Below the pieces are notes generated by a model, which was not told the DNA's origin, did not search any database, and saw only the letters and a program-made list of their open reading frames with translations. Positions 38,948 to 48,934 of a stretch of 64,000 nt of DNA are shown here, one piece after another. A program made the translations under genes and the position numbers. Numbering within the stretch: the stretch's first letter is position 1; every line of letters starts with the position of its first letter. This DNA comes from Verrucomicrobiia bacterium (lineage in GTDB: Bacteria > Verrucomicrobiota > Verrucomicrobiia > Limisphaerales > UBA1319): assembly GCA_963664225.1 (NCBI GenBank), contig OY760937.1, positions 1,376,001 through 1,440,000 on the forward strand, read 5' to 3'.

Positions 38948-38981
38948 AAAAAAGCGGGGACCAGTATGACCTGGGCCCCGC
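38948..38981 (-). terminator. Rho-independent terminator after the RRM gene
   Basis: Minus strand GCGGGGCCCAG-GTCATA-CTGGTCCCCGC followed by T6. Confidence 0.8.
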
Positions 38982-39009
38982 TATGTGCAAAAGCTTGGTC
39001 TACAATAGC

Positions 39010-39354
39010 TTAATAGCGACCACGGCCGCCACCGCCACTGCCGCCGCCGAAGTCACGACGACCACCGCTGCTGCCGCCACGGCTGCCGCCGCCCGCCGGA
39101 CGCTCTTCGCGAGGCTTGGCAATGTTCACGGTGACTGCACGGCCGTCGATCTGGCTGCCGTTGAGGGCCTCAATGGCCTTCTGAGCTTCCTCGGGGGTGC
39201 TCATGGTGATGAAACCGAATCCGCGGGAACGACCGCTCATGCGATCCATCATCAGGTTGGCTTCCACGACAGTGCCGTGTGCCGCAAAGGCGTCTTGCAG
39301 GTCGTTTTCAGTGGTGTTGAAGGAAAGATTTCCAACAAACAGTTTAGTACTCAT
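39010..39354 (-). CDS. RRM RNA-binding protein with Gly/Arg-rich tail
   Basis: RNP2 LFVGNL, RNP1 RGFGFITM. Confidence 0.95.
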   Translation of the reverse strand: MSTKLFVGNLSFNTTENDLQDAFAAHGTVVEANLMMDRMSGRSRGFGFITMSTPEEAQKAIEALNGSQIDGRAVTVNIAKPREERPAGGGSRGGSSGGRRDFGGGSGGGGRGRY

Positions 39355-39686
39355 TTAATAATTGCTGTCCAGACTACCTCTGCATCTCGAGACTGTTCCC
39401 GACCGTCGGGTTTCAAATCTTCACTGAACCACGTTCACTTGAGGATTCAACATGCCTTGGAAGCGACAAGCTATCTAACAGACGAGCACTACAATGCACC
39501 ATGTGGAAAACGTTGGCAACCACATTTTGAATATTTTTTTGGATATCTTTGAACGAACCAATCGAAATGCAAAACAACGGCTCGGTGGGTCGCAACGGTT
39601 GCTTAACATCCATTCAGTTCGGAGAGACGTGTTCCCATAGGTCATCTCGTTACGTAAAAACCACGGCATTAACAATATGAACATGC

Positions 39687-40940
39687 CTATTCTGGAGACA
39701 CCGCAGAAGCCATTTTTGAGAATCCGCGCGGCATCATGGCCAGGATGAGCCAGAGCAGGGCGGCAATAACCAGGGCGATGGGGAGCAGCATCACGGCTTT
39801 CTGAAGACTTTGCCAGTGGTCTGAAAGGCGTCCGATGATTTCTGGCGACCAGAGATCGCCCAGCAGGTGAATCAGAAAGATTGAGAGTGCCATCGCGCTG
39901 GAGCGCAGGTTTACAGGCACAGTCTCTATAATGAGCGTATTGATGGGGCCTGTCGGGAGAAACAGAAGGAACATCGCCATGGCCAGGCAGGACATGGAAA
40001 GGGTGGTGTTGGATGTCTTAAACGCAACGATTGAAAACGGGATGGCCGCCAGCACCGAAAGCCCGAGGGTAAAGGCATATCCAGAGCGATTGTGCTTTTG
40101 CCATGCGGTGGCTGCGAAACCGCCGATCAGCGTGCCCAGCAGACCGGCGACGACGAGAACCGCGCCGAAAAACGTCGCAGCAGTCTTTACGGGTATGTGA
40201 TGCACGCGATTTAGGAATGTGGGGCCCCAAAAGGCAAACGCACCCAAAGCGAAGGTGTAAGCCACGTATCCAAAGACAGTTAAATTGTAGTCGCGCAGGA
40301 GCAGGAGTTTAAAGGCGTCGCTCCATTTTGGCTTCTCCTTGAATTCGGGATGGTCAGCAAGACCCTCGGCCTGTCCGCGCCGGGGTTCGGCGAACGGCAA
40401 CAATGAAAGGGCCAGCAGCAATCCGGGAGCCCCCGCGATAATAAAAGCGTAACGCCAACCCCACAGGTTGGCGATCTGGCCTCCCAGGATGTTGCCCAAT
40501 GCAGCGCCCACGGGAATGGCCACATAGAAAATTGTGAGGGCGTTGTTGCGGCGTTTTGGGGGGAAAGTGTCTGAAATCCAGCCGGGGCTGATCGTGGCAT
40601 AACTGGCTTCTCCGAGTCCCACCAAGGCGCGGAATGCGAGCAGCGAGTACATGGCGGTGGCACATCCGGTGAGCACCGTGCCCAGGCTCCATAGAAAAAT
40701 ACCCGCTGCGATCAGCCATTTGCGCGACGACCTGTCGCCAAGATAACCGAAAGCGGGCGAAGTGACGAAGTAACCGAGCATGAAGGCAGTGAATAACCTT
40801 CCGGCGTCGCCGTCGTTGATGCGCAGTTCAGATTGCAGTGATGGCAGGACTGCGGAGAGCACATATCGGTCGATATAGTTGAACAGGTTGAGGCCTGTCA
40901 GAATAAACAGCGTCCAAAAAGGAGAGAGTAATTTGTTCAT
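39687..40940 (-). CDS. Spinster-like MFS transporter
   Basis: NLFNYIDR, GYLGDR, RALVGLGEASY, HLLGD. Confidence 0.9.
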   Translation of the reverse strand: MNKLLSPFWTLFILTGLNLFNYIDRYVLSAVLPSLQSELRINDGDAGRLFTAFMLGYFVTSPAFGYLGDRSSRKWLIAAGIFLWSLGTVLTGCATAMYSLLAFRALVGLGEASYATISPGWISDTFPPKRRNNALTIFYVAIPVGAALGNILGGQIANLWGWRYAFIIAGAPGLLLALSLLPFAEPRRGQAEGLADHPEFKEKPKWSDAFKLLLLRDYNLTVFGYVAYTFALGAFAFWGPTFLNRVHHIPVKTAATFFGAVLVVAGLLGTLIGGFAATAWQKHNRSGYAFTLGLSVLAAIPFSIVAFKTSNTTLSMSCLAMAMFLLFLPTGPINTLIIETVPVNLRSSAMALSIFLIHLLGDLWSPEIIGRLSDHWQSLQKAVMLLPIALVIAALLWLILAMMPRGFSKMASAVSPE

Positions 40941-41065
40941 GACAGACAGTTCGTTGCTCCTGGCAATCAGTATGCTCTCGTCATCTTCCGATGTCCCGAA
41001 GAATTATTGAGACGGATGCACATTGGCACCCATTTGTTTGCGTATGGCGCGATTAGCCCTGCGCT

Positions 41066-42430
41066 TCAACGAACCGGCCAATAGGGAGAATCCGTGCGCG
41101 CGGTTTTCACATAATCTTGAACCCTGGCGATGATGTCTGGAAATTGATCGGCGCAGTTGTGGCTTTCGGCGATGTCTTTGGTTAAATCGTACAATTCCCA
41201 GGGCTGGTCTTGGGCAAGCCGGATGGCTTTCCAGTCGTTCATGCGAACAGCCTGTTTAAAGCCTCCCTCGTGAAATTCCCAATAGAGATTGGGATGATTC
41301 TCCTGCTTGTTTCCAACGAGCGTGGGCAGCATGGAAACACCATCGATGTTTTCAGGCGGCTTGATCCCGGCAATGGCGGCGGCTGTGGGTAGGAAATCCC
41401 AAAGGGCCCAAACCTGGTCACTGACCGTTCCAGCTTTGACGATTCCAGGCCAGCGGACGATCATGGGCACCCGGATGCCACCTTCATAAAGATCGCGTTT
41501 GATCCCGCGCAATGGGCCTGAGCTCTGAAAGAAAGCGGGGTTGATGCCGCCTTCCTTGTGTGGCCCGTTGTCACTGGTGAAGAAGACAACGGTATTGGTG
41601 TCGATTTTATATTTCTTAAGCAGACCCATGATGATTTCCACATCCTCATCCAGGCGCGTGATCATGGCCGCCTTGTTTTTTTCCTGTTGCGGCCAGTTTT
41701 CCTGCGTGTATGGGGCGTCGCTCGGAGTTTCCATTCCTTCATTCTTGAGCTCGTTATTGGCGTGAGGAATGGTGTAAGGGAGGTAGAGGAAAAAGGATTT
41801 GTTCTGGTTGAGACGGATAAAATTGCCTGTCGCCCGGATTAATAGATCCTGAACGTACTCACCCCGTTTGTTGGCCAGGTTTTTTTCGATTACAAATTTT
41901 GCTTTATTACGCCAGAGGTATTCCGGGTAATAGTTGTGGGCATGTGTCTGATCGAGATATCCGAACCATTCGTCAAAACCTTTACGATTGGGTTCTCCGG
42001 TCGTATTCTCCAGGCCCAGTCCCCATTTTCCGAAGATACCGGTGGAGTAATTCCCTTTTTTGAGAATCTCTGCAACCGTCAGGTCCTCAGGGGCCAGGGG
42101 CACATTGCCATTGCCGCGAATGCGAGCATGGCCCGTATGCAGACCGGTCATCAGGCTGGCTCGCGACGGCGCGCAAACCGTGCTGCCGGAATAGCACTGG
42201 GTGAAGCGTGCTCCTTCGGTGGCCATCTGATCCAAATTGGGGGTTTTAATGCGCTTTTGACCGTAACAACCCAAGTCCCCGTAACCCAGATCATCGGCAA
42301 GGATGAAAATGATGTTCGGTTTCATCTCCTTCTGAGGAGGTGCTGCGGCTCGAAGCGAAACGTGGAATAAAAAAAAGACGGCTGCAACCAGGGCCACCGT
42401 GCTCATCAACTGGAGTCGTTTCATGTGCAT
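41066..42430 (-). CDS. Arylsulfatase (Cys-type, secreted)
   Basis: ADDLGYGD, CAPSRASLMTG, GKWGLG, SDNG. Confidence 0.95.
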   Translation of the reverse strand: MHMKRLQLMSTVALVAAVFFLFHVSLRAAAPPQKEMKPNIIFILADDLGYGDLGCYGQKRIKTPNLDQMATEGARFTQCYSGSTVCAPSRASLMTGLHTGHARIRGNGNVPLAPEDLTVAEILKKGNYSTGIFGKWGLGLENTTGEPNRKGFDEWFGYLDQTHAHNYYPEYLWRNKAKFVIEKNLANKRGEYVQDLLIRATGNFIRLNQNKSFFLYLPYTIPHANNELKNEGMETPSDAPYTQENWPQQEKNKAAMITRLDEDVEIIMGLLKKYKIDTNTVVFFTSDNGPHKEGGINPAFFQSSGPLRGIKRDLYEGGIRVPMIVRWPGIVKAGTVSDQVWALWDFLPTAAAIAGIKPPENIDGVSMLPTLVGNKQENHPNLYWEFHEGGFKQAVRMNDWKAIRLAQDQPWELYDLTKDIAESHNCADQFPDIIARVQDYVKTARTDSPYWPVR

Positions 42431-42471
42431 AAATATTCTGTGATCAGCAAGTTGTCGGGTTGATTAGGGCC

Positions 42472-43734
42472 TTACTCCATGTAGGGAATGGTCAGCGGTC
42501 CGAGCGGCAGCACGGCCACGCGAGAATCAGGCCCGGCGGCATCGAGCAATCGTCTGACTTCCATGCCGATGTCATGACACGGCGTCAAATGAACCTTGCG
42601 AACGATTTCGTCCGGGATGGAGCTATGTAGCAACACGTTGGCCCGCCTCTGGATCAGGGCTTGAATCTGCGATTGCCATTGCTCTGGACGCGAGAAGCCC
42701 GGGGTTTGCATTTGCGAAAGCAATTGTTCGGGACACACCGCCTCAAACAATAATTTTTCGTGCGGACTGCCCGTGGGCACGCCTTCGCGACACTCAGCCG
42801 CCAAAATCAAAGTCCCCCCGGGCTTGAGAATGCGCGCACCCGCGCTCATGCCCTTGACTCCCTGGTATAGGTTCAAGTCCAGCGGGTAACCGCTGTTGGT
42901 TGTGACCACCACGTCAAAAGGCGCGGCAACCTTTTGCATGGCCGATTTCCTGACGAATTCCACGCCCACTTTGTGCGCGGCGATAAGGTCCCCGGCGAAT
43001 ACGCCTGCAATCTTGCGCTCTGCGTTGAGGGCGACATTGATTAAAAAGCTTGGACCCGCCTTCAATGCAATATCCCGCATTTCCTCCCAGACAGGATTTC
43101 CTTCCGTCATTCCAAAGGCCGCATGGGGATCGCCGATATTGCGCGCTCCATGATTGCTCATCACGGTCTTGAGTCCGGCACAACCTGGCATGATTCCCTT
43201 GGGGCCGCCGCTGAATCCGGCAAAAAAATGGGGTTCGATAAAACCGGTGACGATCCGGATGTCCGCTTCGACCAAATGGCGATTGAGCAGGATTGGAGCG
43301 CCGTCCCGCATGACACCCACCTTGGTCAGTTCATCCAGGTTTTCAGGTTCATGATTGATGACATGGAAGCGGCGGGCCACCTCCGGTGTCAGCATGCGCT
43401 CAAGTTCCTGCGGCGTATTGTGCCGGTGTGTTCCGAGTGCGTTGAGAAGGGTGATATGGGCGTCCGGAACATGCGACAGGTATTTGAGGAGCCAGGGGAT
43501 GATCCGCTCATTGGGTGTTGGACGTGTGATGTCGGTGAATACGATGCAGACCCGATCCTCCTTGGAAACCATTGTTCTCAGCGGGGGCAGGCCGACAGGA
43601 TGGTCCAACGCATGGAGGAATGAGGCTTGCTCATCGGCCAGTCCCTGGGCATGCGATGGTTCAATTACTGTGGTGCGACCACCGGGAAAATCCACCGCCA
43701 AATGTTCCTGACCGTATGCAAGCTCAACTCTCAT
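42472..43734 (-). CDS. larA: Nickel-pincer-dependent lactate racemase family
   Basis: DITRPTP, GTHR, EPHFFAGFSGGPK, GYPLDLNLYQGVKG. Confidence 0.9.
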   Translation of the reverse strand: MRVELAYGQEHLAVDFPGGRTTVIEPSHAQGLADEQASFLHALDHPVGLPPLRTMVSKEDRVCIVFTDITRPTPNERIIPWLLKYLSHVPDAHITLLNALGTHRHNTPQELERMLTPEVARRFHVINHEPENLDELTKVGVMRDGAPILLNRHLVEADIRIVTGFIEPHFFAGFSGGPKGIMPGCAGLKTVMSNHGARNIGDPHAAFGMTEGNPVWEEMRDIALKAGPSFLINVALNAERKIAGVFAGDLIAAHKVGVEFVRKSAMQKVAAPFDVVVTTNSGYPLDLNLYQGVKGMSAGARILKPGGTLILAAECREGVPTGSPHEKLLFEAVCPEQLLSQMQTPGFSRPEQWQSQIQALIQRRANVLLHSSIPDEIVRKVHLTPCHDIGMEVRRLLDAAGPDSRVAVLPLGPLTIPYME

Positions 43735-43809
43735 AAAACAAGCGAATTTGAAAACGCGTTCAAACGCACACTAATACTTTCCAGAATTTTCTGCCAAGAA
43801 ATCATGCGC

Positions 43810-45315
43810 TTATTTTCGTGCGGGGAAAACTTCCGCAATGGCATCCTGGAGCACCGAGAACAGGGTCTGGAGCTGTTTTGCGGTTGTGCAATAGGGCGGC
43901 ATGATCAACAACACATTGCCAATGGGACGCGATAGCACTCCGCGACGCGCCATGACATCACAGACCCGCATTCCGGCGCGTTCAGCCAGGGGGAAGGATT
44001 CCCGTTTTGTCCAATCCTTCACCAGTTCGATACCCAGGACCAGACCGACCTGACGGACGTCACCCACTTGCGGCAATGTCCAGAGGTCCCGCGCGAGGGT
44101 CTTCATATGACGCTGTAATCGCATTCGGGATTGGATCGACGCGGGGCTGTCCAGAAGGTCCATGCTGGCCAGCGAGGCGACGCTGGCAAGTTGGTTGGCG
44201 GTGTAACTGTGACCGTGAAAGAATGTTTTGAATTCTTCGTAGTCACCCAAGAACTGGTCAAAGATGGCCTGGGTGGTCAACGTGGCGGCCATGGGTAGAT
44301 AACCGCCTGTCATACCCTTGGCGATCGCCATCATGTCCGGTTGCACCCCTTCGTGCTGGACGGCAAATAGCGGGGCAGGGCAGGGCGGGTTCGAGGACGC
44401 CATCCAGCTTTCAGGAAATCCAGCGCGGCCAAATCCAATCATGACTTCATCGGCCACAAAAAGAGAGTGGTGCGAGCGGGTTATTTCCGCAACGCGACGG
44501 AGCCATCCAGCGGGTTGGGGAATCATTCCTGCCGCGCCCTGGATCATTGGTTCCACGACAAAGGCCGCATATGGATTTCCCTTTTTCGTCTGACTTGCGA
44601 ACGATTTTTCCACGACATCCACGCACTCCCAATGGCACTGGCGGTAATCCCGGGCATCTCCGCGTTCGGGCCGCGCGCGATTGAACGGGCAGCGGTAGCA
44701 GTATGGCGACATGACCTTGTCGGTTTGAAATACCAGTCCCGCATAGGCCTTGTGAAAAAGGTCGATATGGCCGACGCTCACTGCGCCGACGGTGTCTCCG
44801 TGATACGCGCCTTGCAGGGAAAGAAACTTTGGCTTTTTCGAGAAGCCGGTGCGTCGCGCAAATTCATGGGCCAATTTCAAGGCCACTTCCACAGCGGTTG
44901 AACCGTTGTCAGAGTAGAAAACCTTGGTCAGAGGAGCATCAGGACGCCTTTTGGAATGTTTCCCTTTTGCGCCTCCTCTGGCTTGTGGCGATACGCTCCA
45001 CTGGTGGCCGGCTTCCACAGTGTGGATCAGGCGTGCCGCCAGTGTGGACGCCGGTTCGTTGGCCAGGCCCAGTGCGGAGGAATGTTCGAGGCGACCGAGT
45101 TGGCGTCGAATGGCCGCGTTGATTTTCGGATGGCAATGCCCGTGGATATTGGTCCAGATTGACGCGTTCGCATCCAGGTATTCCTTGTCGTTGACATCCC
45201 ACAGCACGGCCCCTTTGCCGCGCGCAATGACGATGGGTTCCCGTTGCAGCCAGTCGCGCATTTGGGTGAATGGATGCCACACGAATTGATGGTCGAGTTT
45301 TGCCAGAGGATGCAT
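43810..45315 (-). CDS. bioA: Adenosylmethionine-8-amino-7-oxononanoate transaminase
   Basis: VWHPFTQM, GSTAVEVALK, YHGDTVGA, AKGMTGGYLP, HGHSYTAN. Confidence 0.9.
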   Translation of the reverse strand: MHPLAKLDHQFVWHPFTQMRDWLQREPIVIARGKGAVLWDVNDKEYLDANASIWTNIHGHCHPKINAAIRRQLGRLEHSSALGLANEPASTLAARLIHTVEAGHQWSVSPQARGGAKGKHSKRRPDAPLTKVFYSDNGSTAVEVALKLAHEFARRTGFSKKPKFLSLQGAYHGDTVGAVSVGHIDLFHKAYAGLVFQTDKVMSPYCYRCPFNRARPERGDARDYRQCHWECVDVVEKSFASQTKKGNPYAAFVVEPMIQGAAGMIPQPAGWLRRVAEITRSHHSLFVADEVMIGFGRAGFPESWMASSNPPCPAPLFAVQHEGVQPDMMAIAKGMTGGYLPMAATLTTQAIFDQFLGDYEEFKTFFHGHSYTANQLASVASLASMDLLDSPASIQSRMRLQRHMKTLARDLWTLPQVGDVRQVGLVLGIELVKDWTKRESFPLAERAGMRVCDVMARRGVLSRPIGNVLLIMPPYCTTAKQLQTLFSVLQDAIAEVFPARK

Positions 45316-45329
45316 GTGAATCGATTAAA

Positions 45330-46529
45330 TCAGGATGGGGGAGCTTTTGCGAGCGATTGCAGTGCATCGCATAAGGCCATGATGTCCGTTTGGGAGTGGG
45401 CCGCGCTCAGGGTCAGGCGCAGCCGGGCCTGACCGCGCGCCACCGTGGGATGGCGAATCGCAGGAATGAAAAAACCGCGTTCCCTCAAGGCAGCGGACCA
45501 GCGCATGGCCAACATCTCATCTCCAATTTGCAGCGGCACAATCGTGCTGCGCGGTGGCCCGCTGAATCCAGCTTTTGCCAATTCATCGCCGGCAATCCTG
45601 GCAAGCTCCCACAAATGCGCGCACCGTCGTTCGCCTTCTGTGGATCGAATCAATTCGATCCCGGCGGTCGCGGCGGTCGCGGCGGCAGGAGGCGGCGCAG
45701 TTGAAAAAACAAAGCTTCTCGCGCGGTTGATCAGCAGGGAGATTAAGGCGCGCGAGCCGCAAATGAATCCACCGCTTCCTCCAATCGCCTTGCTGAGCGT
45801 GCCCATTTGAACTTCGATCCGATCCGCAACCCCTTCCTCGGCGGCCAGGCCGCATCGCCCCGGCCCATACAAACCCGTGGAATGGGCTTCATCGACCATC
45901 AGCCACGCGTCATGTTTTTCCTTCAGCGCCACAATATCCCGCAGGGGCGCGTGATCGCCGTCCATTGAAAACACGCTTTCGGTCACCACCAGCACATGGG
46001 GGCTTGGACTGTTCTTTGCATTGGACCGCCGGGACCATTGAAGAATGCGCTCCAGGTCCTCCATGTCATTGTGTTTAAAGACACGGAGTTTGGCTCCGCA
46101 CATGCGCACTGCGTCAATCACGCAGGCATGAACGAGCTTGTCGATGATCACAATGCTGGATTTGTCCATCAACGCGGTGATCGTTCCCACGGCCGCCGCA
46201 TAGCCGGAAGAAAAGGCGAGGGCCGCCTCGGTGTTTTTAAAGCTCGCGAGCGCGCTTTCCAATGCGCCATGCGGTTCGAGCGTGCCGCAAATCAGCCGGG
46301 AAGCGCCAGAGCCGACCCCGTGGCGCTCGACGGCCCTGAGCGCCGCTTCCTTCAGTGCGGGATCATTGGCCAATCCCAAATAATCGTTCGAGGAGAAATT
46401 GAGCAGGGGACGGCCTTCCACAATAATGTGCGGACCTTGCGCGCCATGCAACGTGCGTAATTCGCGGTACAAACCCTGCGCGCGAATTTCCGCAAGCCTC
46501 TGCTTAAGTTCCTGTTCAAATCCACTCAT
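45330..46529 (-). CDS. bioF: 8-amino-7-oxononanoate synthase
   Basis: FSSNDYLGL, ESVFSMDGD, VDEAH, GTLSKA. Confidence 0.9.
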   Translation of the reverse strand: MSGFEQELKQRLAEIRAQGLYRELRTLHGAQGPHIIVEGRPLLNFSSNDYLGLANDPALKEAALRAVERHGVGSGASRLICGTLEPHGALESALASFKNTEAALAFSSGYAAAVGTITALMDKSSIVIIDKLVHACVIDAVRMCGAKLRVFKHNDMEDLERILQWSRRSNAKNSPSPHVLVVTESVFSMDGDHAPLRDIVALKEKHDAWLMVDEAHSTGLYGPGRCGLAAEEGVADRIEVQMGTLSKAIGGSGGFICGSRALISLLINRARSFVFSTAPPPAAATAATAGIELIRSTEGERRCAHLWELARIAGDELAKAGFSGPPRSTIVPLQIGDEMLAMRWSAALRERGFFIPAIRHPTVARGQARLRLTLSAAHSQTDIMALCDALQSLAKAPPS

Positions 46530-46547
46530 GCACAAACCGATTCGAAA

Positions 46548-47273
46548 TTACGTCCATCGACTGATCCGGCTGTCAAGCTGGAGTACCTGGCCGGAAATGT
46601 TTTTCATGCCCGCCACGAAGGCGATGAAGCGGGCGACTTCGACCGGATCGTTGAGCCGCTCCAGAACGTTATCCCGCGTGAAAGCATCGAGGACTGAGGA
46701 CGGGAGATTGCGGGTCATGGCGGTGGGAAGAACGCCTGGGAAAATGGCGTTGACCTGGATGTTGAATTGGCCCACTTCCCTGGCCAGCGATTGAGTCAGC
46801 CCAACAAGGCCGGACTTCGCGGCCGCGTAATTCGATTGTCCCGGTGCGCCGGTTTTGGCCGCATGGGAACTGATGTTGAGGATATGGCCTGAACGCCGGG
46901 CCATCATGGTTTTCAGGACGGCCTGAGCGCACAAAAATGCGCCCCTTAGATTCACACTCAGAACTGTGTCCCAGTCGATCTCATTGGTGCGGGCAAGCAG
47001 GCCATCAGCAGTGACCCCGGCGTTATTGACGAGGACATCGATCGCGCCCCAACGCTGTATTATGCGCGCAGCGCCGGCAAGAACCTGTTCGCGATCTTCG
47101 ACCGGCATGACGAAGGACCAGATGCTTTCGGACTCGGAAATATCCACGCATGGACGATGTGTGGTCGCGGCAACACGCCAGCCAAGCGCGGCAAATTCAG
47201 AAGTCAGGGCACTCCCCAATCCGCCGGCCGCGCCGGTGATCCATACGACCTTTTGCGTGAGATCCTCTGGCAT
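46548..47273 (-). CDS. FabG-like short-chain dehydrogenase/reductase
   Basis: TGAAGGLG, VNNAG, YAAAK; TAATG overlap with upstream gene. Confidence 0.85.
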   Translation of the reverse strand: MPEDLTQKVVWITGAAGGLGSALTSEFAALGWRVAATTHRPCVDISESESIWSFVMPVEDREQVLAGAARIIQRWGAIDVLVNNAGVTADGLLARTNEIDWDTVLSVNLRGAFLCAQAVLKTMMARRSGHILNISSHAAKTGAPGQSNYAAAKSGLVGLTQSLAREVGQFNIQVNAIFPGVLPTAMTRNLPSSVLDAFTRDNVLERLNDPVEVARFIAFVAGMKNISGQVLQLDSRISRWT

Positions 47274-48532
47274 TAATTGAACATGTGAGGCGTCCGCTGC
47301 ACGACCCACTGACCGGAGATCATCACGCCGGAGGGCTTGCCGGAAAAATTAACTATTTCCTCCTCCGCTTCAGCCGCCGGGCATATGCAAGGCAGGGCAA
47401 CGAGATCGGCCCAGCTTCCAGGGCTTATCTCGCCCGCCAATCCTTCCAGCCCCAAAGCGCGCGCCGGATTTAGTGTGACCATGGCCAGTATGGTAGAGGC
47501 GGGAACCAAACCAGCATAGGCCGCATAGGCGCGCGATTCCGCAAACATATCCAGGGTCGGCACCCAGTCCCGGTCCTTGATCACCGTGGCCATGCTGTCG
47601 GTCCCCAGGCATATATTGACACCTGCTTTCCGAAGAGGATCATGAAGAAAAGGAGTATGCCGAAAATAGGCATGGCTGCGTGGGCAATGAACCACACTGG
47701 TCTGGCTGCGCGCGAGCCATTCCACATCGCCGGGCGCGAGATAATTTGCGTGAATCGCGAGGCAATCGGAATTGAGCAATCCAGCCTGCCCGGCCATTTG
47801 AATCGGTGAAATGTTTCTGATATCGCTCATGTTGCGCTGGTCGCGGAGCCAATCGAATAGCGGGCCTCGCGCATGTTCGAACATTTGAGCTTCATCAGCC
47901 GATTCGGCCAAATGAGTCATCAGTCGCCAGTTTCTTTCTCTCGCCGCCTTCTGGCATTGCTCCAGCAAAGCCGGCGTCGTTGAGTAGAGCGCATGCGGGG
48001 AAAGCCCCAATTGCCCATGCCCGGCCTGACGACATGCCTCCGCCTTTGACAGCGCTGGCTCCAATACATCTTGGGGTTGTCGTTCTTTGCGAATTCCAAT
48101 GACTTCAAAAAACGGAATCACTCGCAAAGGCGTTTGGAAACGAATTGCGGGGAGGAGGGCATGAACACTCTCGACATTGGCCACCGTGGTGGTGCCAGAT
48201 TCAAGTAATTGTTGCGCGCCATCGATCCATGAATCCTGGAAATGCGCATCAGTCCAGGAGCTTTTGACGCCATTGATGGCTTTAATCCAATCCGCAAAGC
48301 CTTTGCATGGCGGGATCATTCCAGCCATGTGGGTGTAATCCAAATGGCAATGGGAATTCACCAAGCCAGGCATCAGTACGTGATCGTCCAGGTCTGTGAT
48401 GCTTTCGCCGGGCCGAGGCTGAATTTGAGAGCGGCCGCCCACTTCCGTGATGCGGCCGTCAATAATTCTCACCGCTCCGTTTTCAATCGGCGGGCATCGA
48501 ACTGGAACGACAATGCGAGCCCGAAGGATCAC
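47273..48532 (-). CDS. Metal-dependent amidohydrolase (nucleoside/futalosine deaminase-like)
   Basis: PGLVNSHCH, SPHALY, THLAES, LGTDS. Confidence 0.85.
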   Translation of the reverse strand: MILRARIVVPVRCPPIENGAVRIIDGRITEVGGRSQIQPRPGESITDLDDHVLMPGLVNSHCHLDYTHMAGMIPPCKGFADWIKAINGVKSSWTDAHFQDSWIDGAQQLLESGTTTVANVESVHALLPAIRFQTPLRVIPFFEVIGIRKERQPQDVLEPALSKAEACRQAGHGQLGLSPHALYSTTPALLEQCQKAARERNWRLMTHLAESADEAQMFEHARGPLFDWLRDQRNMSDIRNISPIQMAGQAGLLNSDCLAIHANYLAPGDVEWLARSQTSVVHCPRSHAYFRHTPFLHDPLRKAGVNICLGTDSMATVIKDRDWVPTLDMFAESRAYAAYAGLVPASTILAMVTLNPARALGLEGLAGEISPGSWADLVALPCICPAAEAEEEIVNFSGKPSGVMISGQWVVQRTPHMFN

Positions 48533-48894
48533 TCCGTCAGTTCGGCCGCTTTCACCTGATTCGCGGTCTTGGTGCGGGAAGCCAGGGTGTGTTTGCGCGC
48601 CTTGACTTTGCTCTGATGCTTGCGAATCTGCTGTTCCACTTTTTTGATGACCAGATCAATGGCCGAGTAAAGGTCGCTTTGAGAATCTTCCGCGAAAAAG
48701 TCCGGACCCGGAACGGTGAGCCGGATGGCGCACTTGAACTGACGTTCTGGAAGGCGGGTATGATCGTGTTCGATGGTAACCCGTGCGTCTATTGCAAACC
48801 GGTCCAATCTCTCCAATTTTTCAATCTTATCGACGATGTGGTCTTCGATTGCCTTGGTGAGAGTGACATTGTGCGTGGAAAGGACAAGTTTCAT
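48529..48894 (-). CDS. hpf: Ribosome hibernation factor HPF/RaiA
   Basis: NVTLTKAI...KIEKL, DLYSAIDLVIKKVEQQIRK. Confidence 0.9.
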   Translation of the reverse strand: MKLVLSTHNVTLTKAIEDHIVDKIEKLERLDRFAIDARVTIEHDHTRLPERQFKCAIRLTVPGPDFFAEDSQSDLYSAIDLVIKKVEQQIRKHQSKVKARKHTLASRTKTANQVKAAELTE

Positions 48895-48934
48895 ATCAAT
48901 AATATATTACAAAACTTTGGAAAATCCAGTTTAA

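Noticed and set aside
38983..39552. 189-aa Ala/Thr-rich plus-strand ORF
   Set aside because: Antisense to the Gly-rich RRM gene
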